Source: Candidatus Parcubacteria bacterium (GTDB lineage: Bacteria; Patescibacteriota; Minisyncoccia; Phycocordibacterales; UBA918). Taken from it: 64,000 bases of DNA. The stretch covers positions 1,563 to 65,562 of the forward strand of contig JAKFXN010000004.1 of the NCBI GenBank assembly GCA_021731405.1, in the 5' to 3' direction. How positions within the stretch are numbered: the stretch's first letter is position 1; every line of letters starts with the position of its first letter. Below the pieces are notes generated by a model. That model was not told where the DNA came from and searched no databases. It saw nothing but the letters and a program-made list of their open reading frames with translations. Below, piece by piece: positions 16,846 through 26,125 of the stretch. The position numbers and the translations under genes were made by a program.

Positions 16846-17529
16846 ATGAACACAACCATTCCTACGTGTATCGGCTTTATGATGGACGGCAATCGACGTT
16901 TTGCAAAAGCTTCGGGACTGGATACCTTGTTTGGACATGTGGCAGGGAAGGAGAAATTTTTTGAGGTGGTGACGTGGGTTCACGAAGCAGGTATCAAGCA
17001 CGCCGTGTTTTATGCTTTTTCTACTGAAAATTGGCAGCGTGAACAAGCTGAAGTCGACGGGCTTATGACCATCTTTCTCAATGCCGTAAAAGAATTACAA
17101 CAAAAAAATGACGGTCGGAATATTTCTATCCGGATAATTGGTCGAAGAGAAGATCTTTCGTCTGAAATGCAGGCGGCAGTAACCTTGGTAGAAAAGGAAA
17201 CTGCCTTTGAAAATCTTGATACGACTATTTGGATTGCGCTTTCATATGGTGGACGAGCAGAAATAGTTGACGCAGTTAACAAAGCGGTAGCAGAAGGTTC
17301 CTCTGTCACCGAAGAAAGCTTTAAGGGTCTCATGTGGAGCGCAGGGATGCCTGATCCTGACCTCATTATTCGCACCGCTGGAGATAAGCGCCTTTCAAAC
17401 TTCTTACCGTGGCAGGCTGTTTATAGTGAACTCTTTTTCATAGGTACGTATTGGCCGGCTTTTACAAAAGAGGAATTTACGCGTATCCTCAGTGATTATG
17501 AAAAGCGCGAACGAAGAATTGGAAAATAA
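16846..17529 (+). CDS. uppS: undecaprenyl-diphosphate synthase (cis-isoprenyl transferase)
   Basis: GFMMDGNRRFAK, RTAGDKRLSNFLPWQ. Start placed at the ATG after the acyP stop. Confidence 0.9.
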   Translation: MNTTIPTCIGFMMDGNRRFAKASGLDTLFGHVAGKEKFFEVVTWVHEAGIKHAVFYAFSTENWQREQAEVDGLMTIFLNAVKELQQKNDGRNISIRIIGRREDLSSEMQAAVTLVEKETAFENLDTTIWIALSYGGRAEIVDAVNKAVAEGSSVTEESFKGLMWSAGMPDPDLIIRTAGDKRLSNFLPWQAVYSELFFIGTYWPAFTKEEFTRILSDYEKRERRIGK

Positions 17530-17533
17530 GCCT

Positions 17534-18277
17534 ATGACAGAACCGGCTGTTATATATGAAGACACTTCAGTCTTGGTGGTAGATAAGCCGTACGGGATGC
17601 TCGTGCATGAAGACTGGCATTCGGGCGCAGAGGGGACACTCGTGGAGTGGTTTTTGAAGCGAGTACCCGAAGCGAAGGGAGTTGGGGAAGAAACCACTAA
17701 GCCTGACGGTACTCCGCTTGAACGTTCGGGAGTAGTACATCGACTTGACCGTGAGACTTCGGGAGTGATGATTTTGGCTAAGACCAAAGAAGCACACACC
17801 TTTTTGAAGGCGCAGTTTCATGACCGGCAAGTAAAGAAGGAGTACCGCGCTTTTGTGTATGGACGGATTCATGACAAGTGGGGGACCATTAATCGCCCAA
17901 TTGGCCGCAGTGCCAAAGACTTCAAAAAGCGTTCAGCCGAGCGGGGAGCTAAAGGCACTATGCGTGACGCCGTCACTCACTTAGAGCGGATTGGGGTGGG
18001 GGAATATAACACTGAGCCGTTCTCATACCTAAAACTTATGCCGCAGACTGGTCGTACCCACCAATTGCGCGTTCATTTGCGGGCTATTGACCGTCCCATT
18101 GTCTGTGACCCGCTCTATGGTGAGAAGCAGCTAGCTACCTCAAATAACCTAGGGTTAGACCGTCTGGCGCTCCATGCTCATGTACTCGAAATCGTCCTAC
18201 CCCATGGCCAAACAGAACGATTTATTGCCCCGTTACCACTAGAGTTTGAGCGAGCCGCTGAACGTATTGCAGAGTAG
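17534..18277 (+). CDS. RluA-family pseudouridine synthase
   Basis: HRLDRETSGVMILAKT catalytic Asp motif. The ATG at 17534 is preceded by a GGAAAA RBS. Confidence 0.85.
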   Translation: MTEPAVIYEDTSVLVVDKPYGMLVHEDWHSGAEGTLVEWFLKRVPEAKGVGEETTKPDGTPLERSGVVHRLDRETSGVMILAKTKEAHTFLKAQFHDRQVKKEYRAFVYGRIHDKWGTINRPIGRSAKDFKKRSAERGAKGTMRDAVTHLERIGVGEYNTEPFSYLKLMPQTGRTHQLRVHLRAIDRPIVCDPLYGEKQLATSNNLGLDRLALHAHVLEIVLPHGQTERFIAPLPLEFERAAERIAE

Positions 18278-18295
18278 GGAAGCTTGTGGTAGATT

Positions 18296-18919
18296 ATGGC
18301 ACGCTTAAACGGCCTATTGTTTAGATATTATATTATGAAATCAGCAGTTACTGGGGTGACAATCTCACCCGTCAACATGAACGAACGAAAAGAACTTGGT
18401 ATCAGACCAGGAGATACTATTCGTGTTCACCAAAAAATTCAGGATAAGGGCAAGACTCGTATCCAGATTTTTGAAGGACTTGTACTCGCGCGAAAGCACG
18501 GAGATGAGCCAGGAGCTACTTTTACTGTACGTAAGGTAGCGAGTGGAGTTGGAGTAGAAAAAATCTATCCGCTGTACTCACCACTTATTGATAAGCTTGA
18601 AATTGTTAAACGAGCTAAGGTTCGTCGAGCAAAGCTTTACTACATCCGTGAGAAGGTAGCTCGTGAAATCAAGCGACAAATGCGTCGCATGACACTTGTA
18701 GGATTCTCAACCGAATCAGAAGCAGAGGCAAGTGTACGAGCAGCAGCTGAAGCCAAGGCTCTCGAGGAAGCTGAACTTAAGGAGAAAGAAGCTGTAGCAG
18801 CAAAGGAAGCTGAAATGGCTACTCCAGAAGTAGTGGAGGAGACACCAGCTGAGGTTGTAGCAGAAGCTCCTGTTGAAGAAGTTGCAGCAGAGGCAGAAGC
18901 TGAGGTTAAGAAGGACTAA
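18296..18919 (+). CDS. rplS: 50S ribosomal protein L19 with an ~80-aa Ala/Glu-rich C-terminal extension
   Basis: IRVHQKIQDKGKTRIQIFEGLVLARKHG..KIYPLYSPLIDKLEIVKRAKVRRAKLYYIR is the L19 core. The tail EAEASVRAAAEAKALEEAELKEKEAVAAKEAE.. is low complexity. Confidence 0.85.
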   Translation: MARLNGLLFRYYIMKSAVTGVTISPVNMNERKELGIRPGDTIRVHQKIQDKGKTRIQIFEGLVLARKHGDEPGATFTVRKVASGVGVEKIYPLYSPLIDKLEIVKRAKVRRAKLYYIREKVAREIKRQMRRMTLVGFSTESEAEASVRAAAEAKALEEAELKEKEAVAAKEAEMATPEVVEETPAEVVAEAPVEEVAAEAEAEVKKD

Positions 18920-18931
18920 GGTCTGCAAAAG

Positions 18932-18964
18932 AAAAACCCGCACCCCTGTGCGGGTTTTTCTTTT
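18932..18964. terminator. rho-independent terminator after rplS
   Basis: AAAAACCCGCACccctGTGCGGGTTTTTCTTTT. Confidence 0.7.
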
Positions 18965-19037
18965 AGTATGCGCCATGCCGTAAAACTTGAACAGTTATGG
19001 GTTTTCGTGCATAATAACGGCCTTGAAGTAACGACCT

Positions 19038-19121
19038 GTCCAGGTGGCGAAATTGGTAGACGCACTACCTTGAGGTGGTAGCGCCTTTACGGGCATGCTG
19101 GTTCAAATCCAGTCTTGGACA
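19038..19121 (+). tRNA. tRNA-Leu(GAG)
   Basis: GTCCAGG..CTTGGACA. D-arm TGGCGAAATTGGTAGACGC, anticodon loop TTGAGGT, long variable arm, T-arm TGGTTCAAATCCAG. Confidence 0.8.
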
Positions 19122-19309
19122 CAAATAAAAACTCCCCGAAAGGGAGTTTTTTGTGTCTAAGAAAAATGTGCCCTGCGGCACATTTGCCTGGATTTGAAAA
19201 CCGCAGTGATGCCGAAGGCGAGCGAGGTGGGGTCGAGAGTACTTAGCAGAATCTGAGCTTGCGAAAGATTATGCTTAGTAACTCGTGACCTAATCCAGTC
19301 TTGGACACA
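19122..19309 (+). repeat. tRNA-3'-end-linked structured element, copy E2 (downstream of tRNA-Leu)
   Basis: Terminator hairpin at 19126..19151; hairpin AAATGTGCC-ctgc-GGCACATTT; an antisense T-loop copy GCCTGGATTTGAA; a module GGGGTCGAGAGTACTTAGCAGAATCTGAGCTTGCGAAAG..CTTAGTAACTCGTGACC homologous to E1; and an 18-nt direct repeat AATCCAGTCTTGGACACA at 19106..19123 and 19292..19309. Confidence 0.55.
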
Positions 19310-19389
19310 CTGCAAAAAGCCCCAAATGGGGCTTTTTGTTTTTCTTAAGAGTTTGAAATTCCACGTTCAGTTTTGCGTAGCAATAGAGT

Positions 19390-20286
19390 ATGATACACAC
19401 TATGCGACTCTTACTAGCGCCTTTATTTCTCGTCTTAATACTGACATTTGTTAGTATCCCTTCGTCTGCTTCTGCTGTAACAATGACCTATGAGGAAGGG
19501 AAGGTACATGCTGCGCTCTTATTACAGATTAAGTCACTTTTGGCTGAGGTGGTGCGACTTCAAGAGTTGTTGGCTGAGCAAAAGGAGCGCTCGCTCGCCT
19601 CTGCTTCGTATACTCCTTACGACACGGTCATCTTTCCACTTTCGTTTGAACGAATCTATGAAGTGAAAAACGGGACTATAAAAAATACTAATGGAGAAAC
19701 TGGACAGCGTGTAGTAGATAAACAGCTCTTTGATTTATTTGCAGCCGTGATTGGAGATGATGCGGTTGATGAGTATGTAAAAGAGTGGCGGGTGTTTAAA
19801 AATGACAACAGTGACCTCGGAGCATTTGTGGAATTAATTGCTGGTACAGAATCATGGGTAATTGGAGTAAACCGTGAAAGCTATAGTTCGGGAGATGAAC
19901 AGCTTACGCGCGCCTTTGCAAACCTCTTCACTCACGAGTACGCACATATATTACTATTCAATGAAACTACCTTTGAGACTACCTACAAAAATCTTTTTTG
20001 GACAGCTGAAGACCAAAGGCATTCTGCTCGAGTACAAAATCTTAACAGTCAGTTTTCGGCACTCAGCCGATATTACGACGAGAATCGCAGTCGGTTTGTG
20101 AGCGACTACGCTACCTTAAGTGCTGAGGAAGATATGGCTGAGACCTTTGTCTCGTTTGTACGTGAAGAGAAGCCGCTTGGTACAACTATCCGTGAGAAAA
20201 AGATAAACCAGTTTTATACCTCAAAGGTTTTTGTTGAGGCGCGAGCTGAGCTACGAGCTAACCTTCAAGCTCTGGGAGTTCTCTAA
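19390..20286 (+). CDS. secreted hypothetical protein with an HExxH motif (putative Zn-metallopeptidase-like)
   Basis: Signal peptide. LFTHEYAHILLFNETT contains HEYAH. Confidence 0.4.
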   Translation: MIHTMRLLLAPLFLVLILTFVSIPSSASAVTMTYEEGKVHAALLLQIKSLLAEVVRLQELLAEQKERSLASASYTPYDTVIFPLSFERIYEVKNGTIKNTNGETGQRVVDKQLFDLFAAVIGDDAVDEYVKEWRVFKNDNSDLGAFVELIAGTESWVIGVNRESYSSGDEQLTRAFANLFTHEYAHILLFNETTFETTYKNLFWTAEDQRHSARVQNLNSQFSALSRYYDENRSRFVSDYATLSAEEDMAETFVSFVREEKPLGTTIREKKINQFYTSKVFVEARAELRANLQALGVL

Positions 20287-20317
20287 TAAAAAGCCCCGCG
20301 CATGGCGCGGGGCTTTT
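20287..20317. terminator. bidirectional terminator
   Basis: AAAAGCCCCGCGCatgGCGCGGGGCTTTTT, between convergent genes. Confidence 0.7.
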
Positions 20318-20324
20318 TAGTAGT

Positions 20325-20846
20325 CTATAGTCCTAGTGCTCCTAACAATCTATCTTTAAGAGTTGTTTTGGGCATTGAGGGTGCTTTGTTTATAGGATTT
20401 CTTGATGTTGGACCTGAAGTTAATGGATATACAGGTTTCGCGGGAGGTACAAAGTCTGAAAAACCTTTATCTGGAGAAATTTTTCCGCCAACGTCAGTAA
20501 GTTGACCGACATATATACCTGGATTTTTTGGGTCTTCTCTCATGACTCTAGTTACATTTTCACTCACTCCACTCTTTAGGATGCTGGACGCATCCTCCAC
20601 TACATCTTCAAGTTGTGCCCCTGTAACATCAGCAACCGGAGAACGTTCTTTGTCGGTTTTTATAATATAGTCTTGCACACCTGGTGAAGTCATTTTTTCC
20701 AAATCAGCTAACTCTTCGGGGCTTGAAGAAAAGCCCGTATCTGTAGCTTCTGATGTTCTTATCTCATTGACCCGCCTTTCTTTCTCTAAACGAGCAGCTT
20801 CTGGTGTCTGGTCTTTCCAAAGGTTTTCACTCATATAAGTAACCAT
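20325..20846 (-). CDS. hypothetical protein
   Basis: 173-aa ORF with no recognisable motifs. Confidence 0.4.
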   Translation of the reverse strand: MVTYMSENLWKDQTPEAARLEKERRVNEIRTSEATDTGFSSSPEELADLEKMTSPGVQDYIIKTDKERSPVADVTGAQLEDVVEDASSILKSGVSENVTRVMREDPKNPGIYVGQLTDVGGKISPDKGFSDFVPPAKPVYPLTSGPTSRNPINKAPSMPKTTLKDRLLGALGL

Positions 20847-20920
20847 TAATTATTTAATACTGATATTGTCACACAAAAGCAGTTGGAGCTCAATCTAGGT
20901 AAATATGATATGCTGTTGCG

Positions 20921-21679
20921 ATGCAAAATCTTCCAATGTTAGAAATAAAGAACTTAGTAAAGGTGTACGGGACTGGTACAAAAGCCAAAACAGCAGTAAA
21001 TGACGTATCATTATCGATCCCAAAAGGTAGTTTTTTTGGACTTCTTGGTCCAAATGGGGCAGGCAAGAGTACAATTATTCAGTGTATTACCGGTATCTCG
21101 CAGCCTACCTCAGGGCAGATTTTGATTGATGGTACTGATGTGGTAACTGAGTATAAGCTGGCACGTACCAAAGTTGGCCTCTCACCACAGGAATACAATG
21201 TCGATATTTTTGCCACCCCAGTTGAACTCATGGACTATATGGGTGGGTACTACGGAATCGAAAAGGAGCAGCGCGCCATCCGAACTGAAGAATTAATTAA
21301 GCGTTTTGATTTGGAGGGGCACCGAAACGTAAAGTTTCAAAAACTATCAGGCGGACTGAAGCGGCGAGCAATGCTCGGGCGCGCGCTTATTCATACTCCC
21401 GACCTCCTTATCTTAGACGAACCAACCGCTGGAGTAGATGTCGAGCAGCGACGTGATTTGTGGGCGTATCTTAAAGAACTCAACGAAAAAGAAGGCAAGA
21501 CCATTATTTTGACATCTCATTATTTAGAAGAGATTCAATATTTGTGTAAAGACATTGCGATTATTAACAAAGGTCGAATTGTGGCGGAGGGGACAAAAGA
21601 AGATTTTATGAAAGAGGGAAGAAGTATAGAAGATTCGTACTTGCAGATTACTCGCGACAGTAACGCCCAAACCATATGA
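20921..21679 (+). CDS. ABC transporter ATP-binding protein
   Basis: Walker A GPNGAGKST, signature LSGGLKRR, Walker B LILDEPTAGVD. Confidence 0.9.
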   Translation: MQNLPMLEIKNLVKVYGTGTKAKTAVNDVSLSIPKGSFFGLLGPNGAGKSTIIQCITGISQPTSGQILIDGTDVVTEYKLARTKVGLSPQEYNVDIFATPVELMDYMGGYYGIEKEQRAIRTEELIKRFDLEGHRNVKFQKLSGGLKRRAMLGRALIHTPDLLILDEPTAGVDVEQRRDLWAYLKELNEKEGKTIILTSHYLEEIQYLCKDIAIINKGRIVAEGTKEDFMKEGRSIEDSYLQITRDSNAQTI

Positions 21680-22443
21680 AAATAAATACCATTGGACTCT
21701 ACACGATGCTTCGTCGAGAAGTGAGGCGAACCATGCGTGTAATGATACAGACATTGGTTGCTCCAGTAGTCTCAGCGGCACTCTATATCTTTATTTTTGG
21801 TACCGTAATCGGCTCACAAATAACTGAAGTATCTGGCGTACCATACATCTCGTTTGTGTTCCCCGGCATCCTTATGCTTTCAGTTATCAATGCTTCGTTT
21901 GCAAGTGCATCTTCAGCTTTATACTTCATGCGCTTCACCAGAGGAATTGAAGAAATTCTCATCGCTCCATTTTCGTATGTGGAAATGCTCATAGGGCTTG
22001 TGGGTAGTGCCGTCATGCGAGCACTTATGGTCTCGTTTCTTATTTTGGCAGTTGGTGTAGCTTTTGGCGCGGTCTCTCTTGAGCACCCGCTCCAATTTGT
22101 GTTTTATGTTTCGAGTATTGCCGCTATTTTTGCAACGCTCGGTATTATTGTGGCGCTCTGGGCAGAAAGTTTTGAGCAGCTGCAGGTTCTCAATACCTTC
22201 GTTATTACGCCGCTTACGTATCTTGGCGGTATCTTCTACTCAATCTCGTTCTTGCCAGAACTGGCAGCGACCCTGACCCGTCTCAATCCGTTTTTCTACT
22301 TTGCTGATGGTATTCGTAGCAGCATGATTGGTATTAGTGAAGCCAATAGCTTTGTGGGGCTCTGTCTCATTCTTGCTCTGTTAGCGGGATTATCCTTTTT
22401 GGTAACTCAGCTCTTCAAGCGTGGTTGGAAGATTCGTTCATAA
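21676..22443 (+). CDS. ABC-2 family transporter permease
   Basis: 6 TM helices. Translationally coupled to the ATPase gene. Confidence 0.7.
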   Translation: MKINTIGLYTMLRREVRRTMRVMIQTLVAPVVSAALYIFIFGTVIGSQITEVSGVPYISFVFPGILMLSVINASFASASSALYFMRFTRGIEEILIAPFSYVEMLIGLVGSAVMRALMVSFLILAVGVAFGAVSLEHPLQFVFYVSSIAAIFATLGIIVALWAESFEQLQVLNTFVITPLTYLGGIFYSISFLPELAATLTRLNPFFYFADGIRSSMIGISEANSFVGLCLILALLAGLSFLVTQLFKRGWKIRS

Positions 22444-22556
22444 GAAGCTGCTTTTCTTAGTAAGAGTTACCATGCCAAAACCTGTCTCCTGGTAAGAAAA
22501 CGTGGTTGTGGTAGTCTACATATATATATAGGTGCAGAAAGGGGGCTTCTGCTAGG

Positions 22557-24338
22557 TTGCTCCCAGATACATGTATGAAAAACTCTATCTATACAAGGGT
22601 GCGTTTTCTCTTCCCAACCATCATACTGGGAGTAATTTTCTGCATTGCTTTTACCACTGAAGCTTTGGCGCAGAGTGGGTCATATGGCGTTAGTTTTAAA
22701 GCCTCGACAGCTGCGGTGGGGAGTGAGGTTGCTGTCAATTGGCAAGCTCCAACTAGTCGGCCAAAAGATGGGGCATGGATAGGCTTGTATATTGTTGGTG
22801 CCTCAGATCAACGGTATGAAGCGTGGAAATATGTCCCCAACACTGGTACCAGCGGCGAAGTTTCTTTTTATATTAATAAAGCCGGTGAGTACGAGGTGCG
22901 AATTTTTGATTCAAGTGCATACACAAGAGCGGCGGTAAGTGCAGTGACTCTTCAGGTGGGAACAGGTGTTCCGCCTGATGAAGAAGATGACGACGACGAA
23001 GAGGAAGAAGAGGAAGAACCAGGTGGAGGAACAGGTAGCGGTTCATATACAGTGACGACAAACAAAGGTACGTATCAAACTGGCGAGACTATAGAAGTGC
23101 GCTTCACTACCCCGAGCCCAAGGGAGTCATACAATGATTGGGTGGGGCTCTATGCAATAGGTGATGGAGACCAGCGATACAAAGTTTGGAAAAGTTTACC
23201 AAATAACAGCACTAACGGGACTCTGACGTTTACTGCTAGCGCCGGCACGTATGAATTTCGCCTTTTTAATAGTGGCGGATACACTAGAGTAGCGAACTCA
23301 GCCCAAATAACAGTGACTACAGAGACGGCACCTCCTCCTGGTGGCGGAGAGGGTAGTGGTGAATATGAACTGGAGATAAATAAAACAGAGCTGATGGTTG
23401 GTGAAACAGTGACTCTTTCGTGGTCAGCTCCTTCGTCTGATAACTTACAAAACGACTGGATTGGAGTGTATTACTCGACAGCTTCCAATGGCTCGTATCG
23501 AGCTTACCGCTACACTGACGGAAAGACATCTGGTACCCTCACCTATACTCCAAGCAGTCCGGGGACTTATGAATTCCGATACTTAAAAAATAACGGCTAT
23601 ACCAGTGTAGGTAAGTCACCAACATTTGTGGTCTTGGATGACGAAGCAGAAGAAACACCTATTGCCTGTATTGTTCCGGCCACAACACTCAATACCATTA
23701 CCAATTATCCTGTTGGGTCAGGAAATATTGTTGCTTTCGGAGACAGTCTCACGGCTGGGGTTGGAGCCACTGCTGGTCGAGATTATGTGAGTCAACTGGA
23801 GGACTTATTAAGTGTCACTATCGAAAATGAAGGAGTGTCTGGTGATACCACCAGAGACGCACTGCTACGACTTGATAACGATGTTATCGCCAAAAGTCCA
23901 GAAGTGGTTATCGTGTGGCTCGGTGGCAATGACATTCTGCAACGTTACTACGAAGATGTGTTTACCGGTGCACAAAATCCAGGCCTCGCTGATACTCTCC
24001 GTCTCATTTTGCTTCGTATTACCGGTAAGCTTCCAGAGCCACAGGGTATTACTGAAGCAGAAACATTTGAAAATATCACAGAGGTGGTGACGCGCATTCA
24101 GGATAGTGGAGCGATAGTTGTCATTGTTGGCTTTAGCGGGGGAGTTTTTGATTCTGGTTTAGAAAACAGGTACCGCGAGGTAGCACTTGATACAGGTGCA
24201 CTGTATGTACCAAACGTTCTCCGCAATATTATCGGAAGACCTTCACTCATGAGCGACCTAGTACACCCAAACAATAGCGGGTATGCGATAGTAGCCGAGC
24301 GTATTGCGGAGTATGTGAGTTGTACGATTCCTGAATAG
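22557..24338 (+). CDS. secreted SGNH/GDSL hydrolase with three tandem ~95-aa beta-rich repeats and a poly-acidic linker
   Basis: Signal peptide. Repeats start at SGSYGVSF.., SGSYTVTT.. and SGEYELEI.., each with a W(I/V)G(L/V)Y motif. Linker DEEDDDDEEEEEEEPGGGTGSGS. C-terminal IVAFGDSLTAGVG (GDS block) and DLVHPNNSGYAIVAERI (DxxH block). Confidence 0.7.
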   Translation: MLPDTCMKNSIYTRVRFLFPTIILGVIFCIAFTTEALAQSGSYGVSFKASTAAVGSEVAVNWQAPTSRPKDGAWIGLYIVGASDQRYEAWKYVPNTGTSGEVSFYINKAGEYEVRIFDSSAYTRAAVSAVTLQVGTGVPPDEEDDDDEEEEEEEPGGGTGSGSYTVTTNKGTYQTGETIEVRFTTPSPRESYNDWVGLYAIGDGDQRYKVWKSLPNNSTNGTLTFTASAGTYEFRLFNSGGYTRVANSAQITVTTETAPPPGGGEGSGEYELEINKTELMVGETVTLSWSAPSSDNLQNDWIGVYYSTASNGSYRAYRYTDGKTSGTLTYTPSSPGTYEFRYLKNNGYTSVGKSPTFVVLDDEAEETPIACIVPATTLNTITNYPVGSGNIVAFGDSLTAGVGATAGRDYVSQLEDLLSVTIENEGVSGDTTRDALLRLDNDVIAKSPEVVIVWLGGNDILQRYYEDVFTGAQNPGLADTLRLILLRITGKLPEPQGITEAETFENITEVVTRIQDSGAIVVIVGFSGGVFDSGLENRYREVALDTGALYVPNVLRNIIGRPSLMSDLVHPNNSGYAIVAERIAEYVSCTIPE

Positions 24339-24375
24339 GCTTGCCCCATAACTATTGATTGAGAATTTTAATAAT

Positions 24376-24422
24376 AAAAAAAGCCCAGGACTTAGCGTGT
24401 AATAGCTAATAGTCCTGGGCTC
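24376..24422. terminator. bidirectional terminator
   Basis: AAAAAAAGCCCAGGACT...AGTCCTGGGCTCTT hairpin between convergent genes. Confidence 0.6.
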
Positions 24423-24445
24423 TTGTGACCATATTGGTCAACAGG

Positions 24446-25450
24446 TCACTTCTTGCGCATGACTTCCGTCACGGGCTCGATCTTGCCGGCGGTGATGCTG
24501 AAGACCGAATAACGGTCGTCGTCACCAGCCTTCGGGCACATCACGAGCGTTCCGCTGTTGAGGCCTTGGTCTCGCAGTCTTCGGATGCTGTCCATGTCGG
24601 AAGCCAAGATGACTTCTTCCAGCTCACCCTTGACGGGTACCGTCACGAAGGAAATGTTCTGCTGGGAAACCTTCTTCACCGAAGTGTTTTCCTTTGTCAC
24701 TGTGGCGACAGCATGACGGGCTTTCCTTGCGCCGTCTACTTTCACCGCGAAGGATTCGATCAGCTCCCCGATCTCCCCATTCTTGGTGTCGTACGAAGTG
24801 ACAGATATGCAGAAGGCGCCAGCACTGAGCACCAGCCATTCGTCACCGACCACAGGGTAGCCGTGACGGCGATCACCAGATAAGGTGTAGGCGAAGATGC
24901 GTTGACGGCCAGTGATTTCGGCCCGCTTGGCATCCCGCTTGGCGTAGTGCAAAGCACGCTCTCGTTCATATGCTGCGTCCACGGCAAGCTTTTCTGCTTT
25001 GCGCGCCTCGACCGAAGCCTTGTGGAGAGCCGTGCGAAGGGCTGCTTCACGCGGCGACCAGAGAGGTTCAAGACGTTCAGCCGCTGCGACCAGCTCCTTC
25101 AGCTGGACCAGCTCCTTCAGCTTCCGTCCACCGACAACTTCGTTGCCGATGATTTGGCGGTGCGAGAGATCTCGAACCGGCACCACCTCGTAGAGGGTGT
25201 GCCTGGTGGAGACCATGATGACGAGTTCGTCACCAACCTCGCGTAAGAACGCCATTCCGCCGAAGTTCTTGTGGTCTTTCGAGAAAGACCACACCTCTTT
25301 GCCGTCGAAGACGACCCGGGCAGGCAGGAATTCCGCATCAGACGAAGCGCGCGGTGACCGCAACTGCTCGATCTTGAAGCCCTCGAAGAGGGTAGTTTGC
25401 AGATGAAACCCGCGGGAGTCGGTGGTCTCGTTGGTGATGGTCCAGGTCAT
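24446..25450 (-). CDS. hypothetical protein encoded in a GC-rich (~58%) island, likely horizontally acquired
   Basis: 334-aa ORF with protein-like composition. GC content and codon usage differ sharply from the flanking genes. No recognisable motifs. Confidence 0.5.
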   Translation of the reverse strand: MTWTITNETTDSRGFHLQTTLFEGFKIEQLRSPRASSDAEFLPARVVFDGKEVWSFSKDHKNFGGMAFLREVGDELVIMVSTRHTLYEVVPVRDLSHRQIIGNEVVGGRKLKELVQLKELVAAAERLEPLWSPREAALRTALHKASVEARKAEKLAVDAAYERERALHYAKRDAKRAEITGRQRIFAYTLSGDRRHGYPVVGDEWLVLSAGAFCISVTSYDTKNGEIGELIESFAVKVDGARKARHAVATVTKENTSVKKVSQQNISFVTVPVKGELEEVILASDMDSIRRLRDQGLNSGTLVMCPKAGDDDRYSVFSITAGKIEPVTEVMRKK

Positions 25451-25629
25451 GGCATGCTCCTTCTTAAGTTCCCCACAGAACTAAGGTATGTAAAGAATTG
25501 GTGTGTGGGCACCGCTATAAATATTATAGCACAATTCTAGGTAAAAAGCAAGTATTTAAGACCTAGAATAGAGCGAGTAACAAAGCTTATTTTAGCTACT
25601 AAGTCCGTCAGTGGTATCATATGTAAGAT

Positions 25630-26088
25630 ATGGACTATTCCTGTAAAAGGCTAGGGGAAAACGATGTTGAGCTTATACAGCAGCTACGGCAAGTGTTTAG
25701 AGTCGCTTTTGATGAGGACGATACGTGGAATGCAAACCCACCCAAAGATTCATATCTGTCTAAAGTACTGGCAGACAAAAACTACATTGCCCTTGTGGCA
25801 ATTCTGAATGAGGAAGTGGTCGGTGGTCTCGTGGCGCATGTATTGCCAAAAATTGATCAAGCCCATAGCGAACTCTACTTATATGATTTGGCTGTTGCGA
25901 GTGAACATCGTCGAAGGGGCATAGCCACCAAGCTTATTGAAACTTTAAAAGAGGTAGGAAGGGAGGTCGGAGCGTCTGTAATATTTGTGCAAGCCGACAA
26001 TGTCGACATCGGTGCGGTGGCTTTGTATGGAAAGCTAAGTGATAGCAAAGAAACCGATATCTCACATTTTGATATACGGATTGATTAA
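25630..26088 (+). CDS. GNAT-family N-acetyltransferase
   Basis: LAVASEHRRRGIATKLIE acetyl-CoA-binding motif (R/Q-x-x-G-x-A). Confidence 0.8.
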   Translation: MDYSCKRLGENDVELIQQLRQVFRVAFDEDDTWNANPPKDSYLSKVLADKNYIALVAILNEEVVGGLVAHVLPKIDQAHSELYLYDLAVASEHRRRGIATKLIETLKEVGREVGASVIFVQADNVDIGAVALYGKLSDSKETDISHFDIRID

Positions 26089-26125
26089 GTGGGAAAGATT
26101 GCCAGTCAGCTACTTATTTCTACGG

